In this document: positions 51,665-62,500 of the stretch, piece by piece
How the letters are laid out: each line of letters starts with the position of its first letter
How positions within the stretch are numbered: position 1 is the first letter of the stretch
Origin: Calditrichia bacterium
GTDB lineage: Bacteria > Calditrichota > Calditrichia > RBG-13-44-9 > J075
Assembly (NCBI GenBank): GCA_050633245.1
Contig: JBOEGD010000009.1
Coordinates: forward strand, 224,001 to 288,000
Direction: 5' to 3'
Length of the DNA stretch: 64,000 nucleotides
Made by a program: the position numbers and the translations under genes
The notes under the pieces: model-generated
Seen by the model: the letters and a program-made list of their open reading frames with translations, nothing else
The model's database searches: none
What the model was told of the DNA's origin: nothing

Positions 51665-53212
51665 TCAATTCAATGCACTTCTTATAACATCACTATCGGC
51701 AGCTGGCTGGTGCTCCTTTTGCAATAAATCTAAAATATTATCAACCGGAGAATAAACTCCGTCACCGGCTGAAACGAGAATTGTGATCCAACCAGACATT
51801 GCCGGGCCGCAAAGTTGAGCTCGCAAATCTGTGGCTTTCAGCGAATTGGCTGAAGAAAATTTTCCAAGGTCGAAGGGCTCACCTGTTTCATTGAGAATGC
51901 CACATACCATGTCCACTGGATTTAAGAAAAGCGCATTGTCCCATTCCTGTCTTTCAGATGCTACATCGTTGCGTATCTCAGAAACGTGTAGCAACCTTAA
52001 CTTACGCTGATCACCTTCCTGCACCCAAATTGGACTGTTTTCTCCTTGCTTAGAGCTGGGAACAACCGAGCAAATGCGAATTGGCCTGTTTAACAGAACA
52101 TATAGCTGGTGACTAAGCTCCTCTAAATTTTCGGCAAAGAATTCTTCACGAATATCTATATTTAAGTCTTCCTGAATAAAATTTACAACGTGATCCAAAA
52201 AGTCAGCATCAACTACCTGATGCTTCAGGCGATCACAATAATAATAGATCAACTCCTGTAGCTCGACCAGCATTCCGCCCATTAATTTGCGTTGATAAAG
52301 ACTGTCGGCCTTTAGACGATCGTGCAGCGTATTATTAAGGCAGCGCACAAAGACAATGTCCCCTTCAGTTTTTTCCAGCTCCTTTAGAAAGACAAAACTG
52401 CTTGAAAATGTGTCAGTTTCATCAATGCCATACTCACTCACACTGGCAATAAAATTCACCCCATAACCTTCATAGTATTCTACAGATCGAGATAAACCGA
52501 CACGCAGCGCCTCGGCCTGTTTTTGAGGAGCAGAAAAACGAATCCGACTCTTCATATCGCGGTCCTGAACGTAGGCAGTGCTGCTGACAAGATGCTCTTC
52601 GAGCATCGTGCGGCTATCGAACATGTATTGATGACATTTCATAAGTGCTATAGGTTTGCTCAGATAGTTAAGCCCTTCGGCAGAAAGAAGCATTTTTAGA
52701 ACACGATCATGTTGCTTTTGTTGAAGCAGCTCCTCCAGGCATTCTCCATTCTGGAGAAACGCCGTTTGTAAATCGCCATAAAAAGGAAATCCAGAAAGCC
52801 TCTTGAAAAAACGCACAACTGCAAAGTCATCATCAGTAATCGCTGAATGCTCAAGAATTTCCAGATCGAAAGGAATGCCGCGTTCATAGAGCTGCAACAA
52901 AGGTCGCATAAATTCCGGATATTCTTCAATTAAGACTAACTGAGAGCTACGTCCAACGGATGCGGCACTATTGTAGGCGGTTATTAGGCGTGGTTCTTCG
53001 CTTTTCGTAATTTCAACAATACCATCTCCAATACATGCAGCATGAAGTGTTCGTTCGCTGTCAGTAGATTTAGTAAAGTTCTGTAAAGAAGACAACTTAT
53101 GGTTGCTGGCATTATTCCTAGCTGCAGCGTCTTTCCGGGAAGCTTTTCCAGGTTTCATAGTACAAATCCTTTTGTTAAGCCATACATCCTTGTATGCAGG
53201 CATCCTTGCCAT
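51665..53212 (-). CDS. Divergent DUF4301-family protein (start uncertain, 53158-53212)
   Basis: EEHL, DIVFVR..NN, LNRPIRIC, NPVDMVC, AM..W.TI.V, SPV....DLL..EHQ resemble DUF4301, but the Gly-rich motifs are missing. Confidence 0.65.
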   Translation of the reverse strand: MARMPAYKDVWLNKRICTMKPGKASRKDAAARNNASNHKLSSLQNFTKSTDSERTLHAACIGDGIVEITKSEEPRLITAYNSAASVGRSSQLVLIEEYPEFMRPLLQLYERGIPFDLEILEHSAITDDDFAVVRFFKRLSGFPFYGDLQTAFLQNGECLEELLQQKQHDRVLKMLLSAEGLNYLSKPIALMKCHQYMFDSRTMLEEHLVSSTAYVQDRDMKSRIRFSAPQKQAEALRVGLSRSVEYYEGYGVNFIASVSEYGIDETDTFSSSFVFLKELEKTEGDIVFVRCLNNTLHDRLKADSLYQRKLMGGMLVELQELIYYYCDRLKHQVVDADFLDHVVNFIQEDLNIDIREEFFAENLEELSHQLYVLLNRPIRICSVVPSSKQGENSPIWVQEGDQRKLRLLHVSEIRNDVASERQEWDNALFLNPVDMVCGILNETGEPFDLGKFSSANSLKATDLRAQLCGPAMSGWITILVSAGDGVYSPVDNILDLLQKEHQPAADSDVIRSALN

Positions 53213-53460
53213 TGCTTATTAACCCGATAGTAATCACAAGAGCTCACGCACTTCCGATTTCTATATGTAACTAAAGTGACGACAGAATAGCCTCTCAGCT
53301 TTAATTACCTGATCGTCAGATGAAATTAATGATAGATTAAGTAAAGTGGAGGAATCTGCAGCGTCTCATAGAATGTAAAGAATATGACAAGTGCTGGCGG
53401 TATATCGGTTTGAATCTAGGGAAGGATACAAAAACTTCAGCCCCATCTACCCGGACTTTC

Positions 53461-53486
53461 AAAAAAAAGTCACCATCCCTGGTGAC
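53461..53486 (-). terminator. Intrinsic terminator after REC-PP2C gene
   Basis: Minus strand GTCACCA-GGGA-TGGTGAC-TTTTTTTT, 9 bp after the stop. Confidence 0.8.
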
Positions 53487-53494
53487 AGACCATC

Positions 53495-54736
53495 TCAGCA
53501 GTGATGATTCTTCACCGTCCCATCCATGAGTTCATTTTCAGCTGAAGCATCAATCATTTCCAGTGCTAGTATCGAGACATCATCTCCAATCGAGTTGTAT
53601 CCACACCATTTATTGGTTATTTCAAGCATATGTTCCATACTTTCGGTTAAGGGTGAATCACTTTTTTCCTGAAGCGTTTCAACCATGCGCTGCAGACCAA
53701 ACTGCTCCGCATCTATATTCTGCGCTTCCGCGATACCATCAGAGTAAAGATAGATTCTATCTCCCGGTTCCATTTGAATGGAATGTTCAACAAATTCATT
53801 TTCCTCAAGGATTCCAATCGGAATCCCCGGAGCTTCGATAAGCCTTCCACCGAAGCGCTTGGAAAGATGAATTATTTGTGGGTGTCCGGCGGAGATAAAC
53901 CGAAACTCACCGGTTTTTTTATCCAGCAAACCGTAAATCAGCGTGAAATATTGACTATTTTCGGGATTTAGCTGAAAACGCTTATTCAACTGATTGGCCA
54001 CTTCTGTAGGTTGAGTAATTTGATACCAGGGCTTCTCATCCAGTCGACGCTTTAATAATGACGCCTCATCAATCACCGGAGACAGTAATCTGCTAAGCGT
54101 TACTGCCAGCAAGGCTGCAGATACACCATGCCCACTCACATCCAGTAGATAAACACCAAGATAATCCTCGTCGAGATTGAATACATTAAATATGTCGCCG
54201 GCAAGCTCATCGCATGGATCAAAGCTCCAGTCTACTCTAAAGTTGTCTAACGGAGGTGGAGAATCGGGAAGCAGCGAAACCTGAATTCTTGCAGCAGCTT
54301 CAAGGTCGTGCTTCATTCGAACATTGTTTTCTGTAAGTTCGGCATTCTGTGAAGACAGCTGACGTTCCAGATCGATGACTCGTCGCGCAGCCTGTAATCT
54401 CACTCGTAATTCTTCCCGATCCAGCGGTTTGGACAGAAAGTCGTCGGCGCCTGCTTCCATCGCTTCAATAAATTCATATTTAGCCGATTTCGCGGTAAGC
54501 ATAATAATATACACATAGTCTGAGGAGCCAATTGCACGGACTTTTTCTACCAGCTGTACACCGTCCATTCGCGGCATCATCCAGTCAGTAATCAGAATGG
54601 AATAGCTACCGCTTCGATATAAGTCCAGAGCTTCCTGCCCATCTTCTGCTGCATCTACATCATAATCCCATTTTTCAAGCGATCTCTGCAAAACCTTGCG
54701 AGACACCATATCATCTTCAGCAATGAGAATTTTCAT
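53495..54736 (-). CDS. Response-regulator receiver + SpoIIE/PP2C phosphatase (RsbU/RsbY-like)
   Basis: MKILIAEDD, TDWMMP, FLSKP; AGD, DVSGHG, AGH, YSDG, DDVS. Confidence 0.93.
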   Translation of the reverse strand: MKILIAEDDMVSRKVLQRSLEKWDYDVDAAEDGQEALDLYRSGSYSILITDWMMPRMDGVQLVEKVRAIGSSDYVYIIMLTAKSAKYEFIEAMEAGADDFLSKPLDREELRVRLQAARRVIDLERQLSSQNAELTENNVRMKHDLEAAARIQVSLLPDSPPPLDNFRVDWSFDPCDELAGDIFNVFNLDEDYLGVYLLDVSGHGVSAALLAVTLSRLLSPVIDEASLLKRRLDEKPWYQITQPTEVANQLNKRFQLNPENSQYFTLIYGLLDKKTGEFRFISAGHPQIIHLSKRFGGRLIEAPGIPIGILEENEFVEHSIQMEPGDRIYLYSDGIAEAQNIDAEQFGLQRMVETLQEKSDSPLTESMEHMLEITNKWCGYNSIGDDVSILALEMIDASAENELMDGTVKNHHC

Positions 54737-54922
54737 GCACACACCTTGATTAGAAATTGGATAAATTTCTGGTTATCTGGAAATATTTATAGTTGTCACC
54801 TTCATAAAGTCGCCTTTTTACAACCAAACTTTAAGATTCCGGCGAAAAAAGCCATCGTTTCGTGAATGAATTCTGTTTATATTCATCGCAATCATAAGAA
54901 ACACACAATGAAGGAGGTTAGA

Positions 54923-55546
54923 ATGGCAACAGGATTTATTCCCGGTAGAACCGTTGAGGTTCCGGAAATCCCCTTTTTGGAAACGGTAAAGCTTGAAGCT
55001 TCCAATAGCGCAATTGTTGTTGTTGATATGCAAAATGATTTTGTAAAAGAAGGCGGAACACTGGTCGTTGAGGATGCAGTAAAAACACTACCTGCCTTGC
55101 AAGACTTGCTCGCTCGCGGACGTAAAGCCGGCGTGCAAATTGCTTACACTCAGGATAGTCATAATGATGGTGATCCGGAATGGGATATTTGGCCACAGCA
55201 TTGTAAAACAAATACCTGGGGCTGGAATATTGTTGATGAACTGGCACCAAAGAAGGGCGACCTGGTATGCCGTAAAAGCCGCTACGATGGCTTCTACGGC
55301 ACTGAACTGGAGCACTTTTTAAGCAGGGTTTGGAAAGTTGAAAATCTGGTAATTGTTGGAACAGTTTCCAGCATTTGCGTGGCGCATACCGCAGCGAGCG
55401 CCGGATTGCGCTGGTTTCGCTTAACAATTCCTGCCGACGGCATGTCTGCATTAACAGAATTTGATCAGGCACTTACACTCAGACAAGCCTCATGGCTTTA
55501 TTTAGGAAGTGTTGTAAAAGCCACCAGCGATATTCACTTTACTTAG
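54923..55546 (+). CDS. pncA: Isochorismatase-family cysteine hydrolase, likely nicotinamidase
   Basis: [21 protein letters not shown] catalytic Cys; AAGGAGG RBS; directly upstream of pncB. Confidence 0.78.
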   Translation: MATGFIPGRTVEVPEIPFLETVKLEASNSAIVVVDMQNDFVKEGGTLVVEDAVKTLPALQDLLARGRKAGVQIAYTQDSHNDGDPEWDIWPQHCKTNTWGWNIVDELAPKKGDLVCRKSRYDGFYGTELEHFLSRVWKVENLVIVGTVSSICVAHTAASAGLRWFRLTIPADGMSALTEFDQALTLRQASWLYLGSVVKATSDIHFT

Positions 55547-55557
55547 GAGATCTTTTC

Positions 55558-57132
55558 TTGAAGCCACAACATCGCCGGATTGCAGAAGGCATTCTTTTCA
55601 CAGATCAATATCAGTTGACGATGGCACAACTCTATTTTCGTATGGGCCTACACAATAAAGATGCACAGTTCGATCATTTTTTTCGCAAATATCCAGACTA
55701 TGGTTTGCACAAAGCCGGCTTCTGCGTTACTGCAGGGCTGGAATGGTTATTAAACTGGATCGAAGAGGCCAGCTTTGGAGATGCGGAAATTCATTATCTG
55801 CGCGAACAGCGCAATGCCTCCGGTCATCGACTTTACGACGATGCTTTTTTAAACTGGTTACAGAAAGAATTCACGTTTGAGTCCCTGCAAATCAGAGCGA
55901 TTCCCGAGGGAAGAGTCGTTCACCCGAACGTTCCTCTTACGGTTGTTCAGGGACCATTGGCTGCAGCTCAGATTCTGGAAACATCGCTTCTGAATCACCT
56001 GAACTATCAGACGTTGATTGCCACAAAGGCAGCACGCATTTTTGAAAGCGGACGCGGTCAATTGTTATTAGAGTTTGGCCTGAGGCGCGGGCATTACAAA
56101 GGTGCAAACGCCGGTACGCGTGCTGCGCTAATCGGCGGAGCAGACTATACATCAAACGTCGGAGTATCTCACCTAATGGGTCTTGGCCCGCGTGGAACAC
56201 ATGCCCACAGCATGGTGCAAACGTTTCTTGCACTTGGAAAATCTGAACAGGATGCTTTTCAAGCTTATGCCGATGTATATCCCGATGAATGCCTGCTGCT
56301 TGTCGATACAATAGATACCCTCGGAAGCGGCGTACCAAACGCCATCCGGGTTTTTGAAAAACTAAAGAAAAACGGACATAAGCCGGTTGGAATAAGACTG
56401 GACTCAGGTGACCTGGCCTATCTTAGTATTCAGGCAGCAAAGATGCTGGACAAAGCAGGATTTGAAGACTGCGCTATCGTACTCTCTAACAACCTGGACG
56501 AACTGGTGATTTTGCAGATTATAACACAGATTCTGGAAGAGGCCCCGCGCTATGATGTCGATGCCGACAAGCTTCTCAGGCGCCTGGTTTATGGCGTGGG
56601 TACAAAACTGGTTACCTCAGAAGGCGAATCCAGCCTTGGAGGCGTATTCAAGCTCGTGGCCTTACACGATAAAGGACAGTGGGTTCCGGCTATGAAAATT
56701 TCCGAAAATCCTGAGAAAACACCTAATCCCGGATTAAAAAACGTCTGGCGCGTATATGATAATCGTAAAAATGCCTCTGCCGATCTTATTTGTCTGGAGG
56801 ATGAAAAGCCACAGCAGTCCAAACAACTTACACTTCATCACCCCTCGGGATATACCAAACAACGCACGCTGGAGAGCAGTGAAATATCAAACCTTGAGCC
56901 ACTTCTAAAACCGGTATATGATCAAGGTAAACGGCTGGAAGCACCTATTCCACTCGATCTCATGCGCGAACGCCGTAAGCAGGATGTAGAGCGGCTGGAC
57001 CCTGGTATTCGACGTCTGATGAATCCACATATTTATCATGTTTCGCTATCAAAAAAGCTATGGAATATGAAGCAAGAGCTTATTGAGAAGGTCCGCTCAA
57101 GCGGCACTACATCAGAAAACAAGGAGGCGTAA
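55558..57132 (+). CDS. pncB: Nicotinate phosphoribosyltransferase
   Basis: [40 protein letters not shown]; TTG start after AGGAGA. Confidence 0.93.
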   Translation: MKPQHRRIAEGILFTDQYQLTMAQLYFRMGLHNKDAQFDHFFRKYPDYGLHKAGFCVTAGLEWLLNWIEEASFGDAEIHYLREQRNASGHRLYDDAFLNWLQKEFTFESLQIRAIPEGRVVHPNVPLTVVQGPLAAAQILETSLLNHLNYQTLIATKAARIFESGRGQLLLEFGLRRGHYKGANAGTRAALIGGADYTSNVGVSHLMGLGPRGTHAHSMVQTFLALGKSEQDAFQAYADVYPDECLLLVDTIDTLGSGVPNAIRVFEKLKKNGHKPVGIRLDSGDLAYLSIQAAKMLDKAGFEDCAIVLSNNLDELVILQIITQILEEAPRYDVDADKLLRRLVYGVGTKLVTSEGESSLGGVFKLVALHDKGQWVPAMKISENPEKTPNPGLKNVWRVYDNRKNASADLICLEDEKPQQSKQLTLHHPSGYTKQRTLESSEISNLEPLLKPVYDQGKRLEAPIPLDLMRERRKQDVERLDPGIRRLMNPHIYHVSLSKKLWNMKQELIEKVRSSGTTSENKEA

Positions 57133-58397
57133 TGCCTTTAGATATTTCGCGAATTCGCGAGCAGTTTCCAGCGCTTTCACTGACAGATAATGGTCAGCGA
57201 CGCATTTATCTGGACAACCCGGCTGGAACACAGGTTCCACAGCGCGTTGTAGATCGCGTGTCAGACTATTTCATTCGCTGCAATGCCAATCGCAGCGGAC
57301 AGTTTACAACTGCCAGAGAATCTGATAAAATTGTTTTTGACGCACATGCAGCAGTGGCCGATCTGCTTAACGCCTATTCTCCGGATGAAATCGTTTTTGG
57401 ACAAAACATGACCAGCGTAACCTATCACATCGCGCGATCACTGGCAAAGTTATTCAAAGCCGGAGATAAGCTGATAGTTACCCGTATGGATCACGACGCC
57501 AATATTTCGCCCTGGCTGCAAATGGCAGAAGACGTGGGCATGGACGTGCTCTGGTGGGAGTTCAATACCGAAACCTATCAATTCGAACTGGATGATTTGC
57601 AAAAGCTGCTCGATCGCGGCGGAGTAAAGTTCGCGGCCGTGAACTATGCCAGCAATGCATTGGGAACGATTAACGATATTAAAACGATATGTAGCATGAT
57701 AGGTGAAGCCGGGGCACTCAGCTTTATCGATGCCGTGCAGTTTGTTCCACATGCTCCAACAGATGTTCAGAAAATCGGTTGTGATTTATTGGCCTGCTCA
57801 ATCTATAAAATTTATGGTGGACATCAGGGTGCTGTTTGGGCAAAAAAAGATTTTCTGGAATCACTGTTTGCCTATAAAGTTCGTCCGGCCAACGACGGTA
57901 GTCCGTGGCGATTTGAAACGGGTACTCAAAGCCATGAGGGGCAGGCCGGTACGCTTGGCGCCATGGAATATTTAGAAGACATCGGCAAAACGATGGCGCA
58001 GGAATATGAATCATATTTTCCACAGTTCAGCGGAAGACGTTTGCATTTGCACACGGCTATGTCGGCAATAAAAGATTATGAGGAAGACTTAAGCGCACAT
58101 CTGATCTCTGGCTTGCTGGCAATTCCAGGCGTTACCGTCCACGGCATCAGCGATCCGGAAAAGATGCATTTACGTGTGCCAACCGTGGCTTTCACCCATA
58201 GGGCTCACTCCCCTGCTGCAATTGCAAAAGCACTGGGCGAAGCAAATATCTTTGTATGGAATGGTCACTACTACGCCATCGAAGTGATTGCCAGCCTTGG
58301 CTTAACAGATAGCGGCGGCATGGTACGCGTCGGTGCAGGACACTACAACACAACTGCCGAGATAGACGAGCTACTGCAAGTTGTAGCGGATCTCTAG
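57132..58397 (+). CDS. Cysteine desulfurase-like PLP enzyme (class V aminotransferase, TIGR01976-type)
   Basis: YLDNPAG, DHDAN, DAVQ..PH, S.YK PLP Lys, FETGT; GHYYA in place of GHHCA; coupled by TAATG. Confidence 0.88.
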   Translation: MPLDISRIREQFPALSLTDNGQRRIYLDNPAGTQVPQRVVDRVSDYFIRCNANRSGQFTTARESDKIVFDAHAAVADLLNAYSPDEIVFGQNMTSVTYHIARSLAKLFKAGDKLIVTRMDHDANISPWLQMAEDVGMDVLWWEFNTETYQFELDDLQKLLDRGGVKFAAVNYASNALGTINDIKTICSMIGEAGALSFIDAVQFVPHAPTDVQKIGCDLLACSIYKIYGGHQGAVWAKKDFLESLFAYKVRPANDGSPWRFETGTQSHEGQAGTLGAMEYLEDIGKTMAQEYESYFPQFSGRRLHLHTAMSAIKDYEEDLSAHLISGLLAIPGVTVHGISDPEKMHLRVPTVAFTHRAHSPAAIAKALGEANIFVWNGHYYAIEVIASLGLTDSGGMVRVGAGHYNTTAEIDELLQVVADL

Positions 58398-58407
58398 GGC
58401 AGTACAG

Positions 58408-58476
58408 ATAGACGCATGCAATGCGTCTCAACAGACAGTCAAGGCCCAGTAAAGACGCAATGACTCGCGTCTCAAC
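58408..58476. repeat. Two REP-like palindromes (GAGACGC family)
   Basis: atagacgcatgcaatgcgtctcaac and gtaaagacgcaatgactcgcgtctcaac. Confidence 0.65.
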
Positions 58477-58487
58477 GAGAGCGATAT

Positions 58488-59156
58488 ATGAACAAAGAGA
58501 CAGCATTACGCAAAGAGATGGTCCACCTTGGACGAAAGCTCTACAACCGAGAACTCCTGGTGGCCACAGAAGGCAACTTCAGCGCTCGTCTTGATGAGGA
58601 GCGTTTGCTCGCTACACCAAGTGGACTCTGCAAAGGCGAGCTGATCGAAGAGGATCTGGTCATAATCGATCTGCGCGGCAATCACCTGGCCGGCGAGCGA
58701 CGCGTGTCTTCCGAAATAAAAATGCATCTGGAAGTCTATCGCCAGCGACGCGACGTGCAGGCAGTCATCCACGCACATCCACCGATGTGCATCGCCATGA
58801 TGCTGGCTGGCAAAACGCTGGATCGTCCAATACTCGCTGAATGCGTGCTGCTTCTTGGAAAAGTACCCATTGCCCCCTACGCCACGCCATCGACGAACGA
58901 AATACCTGATTCCATTAAGCCCCTCATCCCGCAAACCGACTGCATTTTGCTCGATCATCACGGTAGCCTGACGGCCGGCAGTTCGCTAAAAGAGGCCTGC
59001 TACAAACTGGAAATGCTGGAGCAAACAGCGAAATCCTACCTCACCGCCTTACAGGTCAGCGGAACAGTTCGCGAACTCTCCGAAGAAAAAGTGGCAGAGC
59101 TAATGAAGCTACGCGAAAGCCGCTATGGTATTACCTGGCCAATTATTCCTTTTTGA
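58488..59156 (+). CDS. Class II aldolase/adducin family protein (FucA/MtnB-like)
   Basis: EGNFS, TPSG..K, SSE..MH, IHAHP, HHG Zn ligands. Confidence 0.9.
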   Translation: MNKETALRKEMVHLGRKLYNRELLVATEGNFSARLDEERLLATPSGLCKGELIEEDLVIIDLRGNHLAGERRVSSEIKMHLEVYRQRRDVQAVIHAHPPMCIAMMLAGKTLDRPILAECVLLLGKVPIAPYATPSTNEIPDSIKPLIPQTDCILLDHHGSLTAGSSLKEACYKLEMLEQTAKSYLTALQVSGTVRELSEEKVAELMKLRESRYGITWPIIPF

Positions 59157-59277
59157 GAAAGCTTCAAAGTTCCAGGTTCGGTTTCTGCATTTTCCTTATG
59201 TCCAGTCTAATCCCGAAAGTACCAAAAAATAAATGATCGCTAATTGTTCCAAGAACATATTGATTCTGAGGAGAAAC

Positions 59278-59470
59278 GTGGAGTTTTATAACAGCACCGA
59301 TGAAGGCTTTTTTGACGCCGGATTCAAGATTATCAACGAGAACGGTGAGCTGTTTGTACTCATCCGCTCTCATGCAATGGCAGGAATGTAGAACTACTTT
59401 ATCATTCGTAATAAGACGCAACTGGCCGAATTGCTTGCAACCCAAAAAGCGAAAGAATCCTTCCAATTAA
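59278..59470 (+). pseudogene. Small ORF with in-frame TAG (possible pseudogene or 37-aa peptide); 3' end approximate
   Basis: GAGGAG RBS + GTG; VEFYNSTDEGFFDAGFKIINENGELFVLIRSHAMAGM*NYFIIRNKTQLAELL... continues in frame after the TAG at 59389. Confidence 0.35.
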
Positions 59471-59572
59471 AAGTAAGATTTTCAGACCTCGCTTTTGACA
59501 AATCTCACAACGGTGCATTCATTCCGGGACTATACTGTTTTTCATGCATTTTTATGCCATTCCGGAATTCTA

Positions 59573-62500
59573 ATGAACACTTCATTAAGACACATTGTAC
59601 TGCTCAGCTTATTGCTATGCCCTACCCTGCTACTTTCCGATTGGCGACCGAAGGAAATGAAGGTAAAGGTTGAGCTTCAAAAACCGGAAGATCTGGCAAA
59701 ACTCACCGAGCTCGGTATCACCCCTGCTCATACGCAACTGCCCATAGTTTATCTACACATTATTCCTGCAGAACTCAAAGCTCTTCGCGAAATCGGATTC
59801 ACCCCTCAGATCCTCATTGCCAGCCTCAGCAATCATTCCAGGAATTTATTAAAACAGCCGGCTCTGCAAGGTTATCTGGGTTATAATGACATGCTGCATC
59901 GCCTGGAAGAACTACAAAAGCAGTATCAACACATTATTAGACTTCAAACTATCGGTAAAAGCGTTCTTGGACGAAAATTAATCGCAGTAAAAATCAGCGA
60001 TAACCCTTCATTATCTGAAGCCGAACCTAAGCTTGCATTTGATGGCGGATACCATGGCGATGAAATAATCACAACAGAAGTCCTAATACGGTTTATCGAA
60101 GACTTTTGCAGTCGTTACGCCACTGACAAACGCGTTCGACAGCTTATCAACTCTCGAGAAATTCACGTTCTGCCGCTGGTAAATCCGGACGGCCGGGAAA
60201 CACTTACACGCCGCAATGCCAATCATGTCGATCTAAACCGGGATTGGGGACACCTTTGGAATAGCGCAGGCAACAGTGAGCATCCCTTTTCTCAACCAGA
60301 GACGCGCGCAGTGTTAAACTGGATTAATAAGCAAAATTTTTCCATTCACCAGAGCCTGCATGCCGGAGCGCAGCTAATTTCATATCCCTGGAGCTGCCGT
60401 CCTGGAAGAGTGCCGGATGCAGCGCTATTCGACTATCTGGCTTCCGGCTATGCAACGAGTTCCGGGTATAGCACCTTACAGCTGGGCAGCGGTTACAATG
60501 AGCTTTACCCCGTCTGCGGGACCGCCAAGGACGCCTACTATGCACTGAACGGCACGCTTGGTTGGACCATGGAATTAACGCAAAACAAAACTCCCGCTTA
60601 CAGCGAAGTAGATGCAATTTACCAGCAAAACAAACCATCGTTTTTGTATCTCCTGCAGCAGGTCGGACACGGCCTCGCGGCAACCATTCAGGATGCGCAA
60701 ACTGGTAAGCCGGTTATGGCGCGCATAGAAATTCGAAACGACCGACAAAATTTCTGGCCGATATACAGTCCACGCGGCTACTTTCACAAGTTTTTATTAC
60801 AGGGTAAATATGAATTGCGCGTGAGCGCGAACGGATATAAAACAGCCGTTTTCCCGAATATCAGCGTGAAGGATACCGGCGCTGTGAAGCTGAACATCGC
60901 CTTATCTGCCACCAGTGGATCATACGCCTTTAAAACAATGGCTACGCGAGTTCCACAGACCACCAGTGGACTGCTAAAGCCGCCTTTTCAGGCACTCGGC
61001 AGCCCTGACAACAGGGGGTATTCTCTGGGCCGAAATGGCTGGATTATCCTTGACATGGCTGCGGAGGTTAGGGACTTGCCGGGAGACGATTTGCGAATTT
61101 TCGAAGCTGGGAATTCAAACGAGGGATATGAGCTCTCTGTTTCAATAAATCCCCACGGCCCTTGGAAACACATTGGTGGCGGTCGGGGAACTTCAGACTT
61201 TGATCTGGCTCGGCACGACATTGCCCGATTTCGCTACTTGCGAATTGAGGATGATGGCGATGGATTTTCCGGATTGTCCAATGCCGGATTCGACCTGGAT
61301 GCCGTCGAGAGCAGCCTTTTACCGGGCAATGAGCCTTATCTAATTGCTGAATCCTATACGGTGCTGGATACATTAAATAACTTTAATGGTATACTTGAAA
61401 TCGGAGAAACCGCCGGTATACGAATCAAGCTGGAGAATCTCGGAAAACAGACCAGTGCCGCCGGAAAAATACGAGTTCGCCAAGCCTCTCCGGGAATAAC
61501 AGTTCTTACAGATAGCAGCTCCTTTCCTTCCCTCTCACCCGGTGCATCAGTATGGTGTGATGGCTTTGGTCTAAGAATCGAGCCCACAATAAATCTTGAG
61601 CGTGAAACAATCGTCCAGCTTGAAATGCGTACTGCAAAGGGCAAGGCCTGGCTACATCCGCTGAATCTTCAAATAAACAGTGGCGGTCAACTCGAACTCT
61701 CTGTGTCCGAATTGACCTTTGATGCGGTATTTATAGATTCGCGACAAACGACCCAACTCCAGCTCAACAATAGCGGCAGCGATTCGCTTAAAATATTTCG
61801 TCTGCATACCAAAGGGAAGCAATTTAGCGTCGAGCCCTCCCAGCTAATAATCCCGCCCTTTCAAAGCACGCTCGTAAATGTGTATTATCAGCCGATAGCC
61901 GAGCAGCAAGTTAACGATACGCTGCAAATTCTGAGTAACGATCCACGATTCCCCAGGAGATATCTGGCGCTATCCGGAAGTGGCATCCAGGCACCGGAGC
62001 TTCGTCTGCAAACAGACTCTCTGCACCTTTCTTTATTGCCAAACGACTCGGCAAGCATTCTTGTTGGACTGCAAAATATTGGGGCGGGCATGCTAAACTA
62101 CAGCGTGAGCATGGAATTCGAGGCACTAGACGGATTCAAGCTGAGCAGCAGCGATTCACCGGAAAGCAGGCGCTTTCAGTGGATAAATTATCAAGAATTT
62201 GAGCAGCTGGAGTTTACAAGGCAGCAAAAGGCTCAAAAGGTTTCGCTACCATTTCAGTTCAAATTTCAAGGAAAGAAATATCGAACTATCACTGTTTCAA
62301 CCAACGGACAGCTCATATTTTCAGATTCAACAAACATTGACGGGGAATCTGATCTGAAAATATCGGCACTTGGCAGCCAGCTGAGAACCTCAGGAAATAG
62401 CAAAATTTCCTATTGGACATCCAAAGATATGTGCGTTTTTGAGTGGAAAGAAATGTCCTTCGCGAAAAGCGATGGCGTTGCCACTTTTCGTATAACGTTG

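Noticed and set aside
53195-53211. Sigma54-like promoter TGGCAAGGATGCCTGCA
   Set aside because: GG-to-GC spacing is 11 bp rather than the obligatory 10
53396-53403. ops/JUMPstart-like GGCGGTAT
   Set aside because: Imperfect and on the strand opposite the EPS genes
20305-54736. Genomic island or prophage integrated at ssrA carrying the EPS locus
   Set aside because: No integrase, phage or transposase genes, and I saw no duplicated ssrA 3' end (visual scan only)
54787-54807. NrtR-like box upstream of pncA (TTATAGT-N7-TTCATAA)
   Set aside because: Right half lacks the AC of the GT-N7-AC core, and no nrtR is in the window
59164-59466. 100-aa minus-strand ORF
   Set aside because: No RBS or motif; the plus-strand RBS-led frame explains the region better
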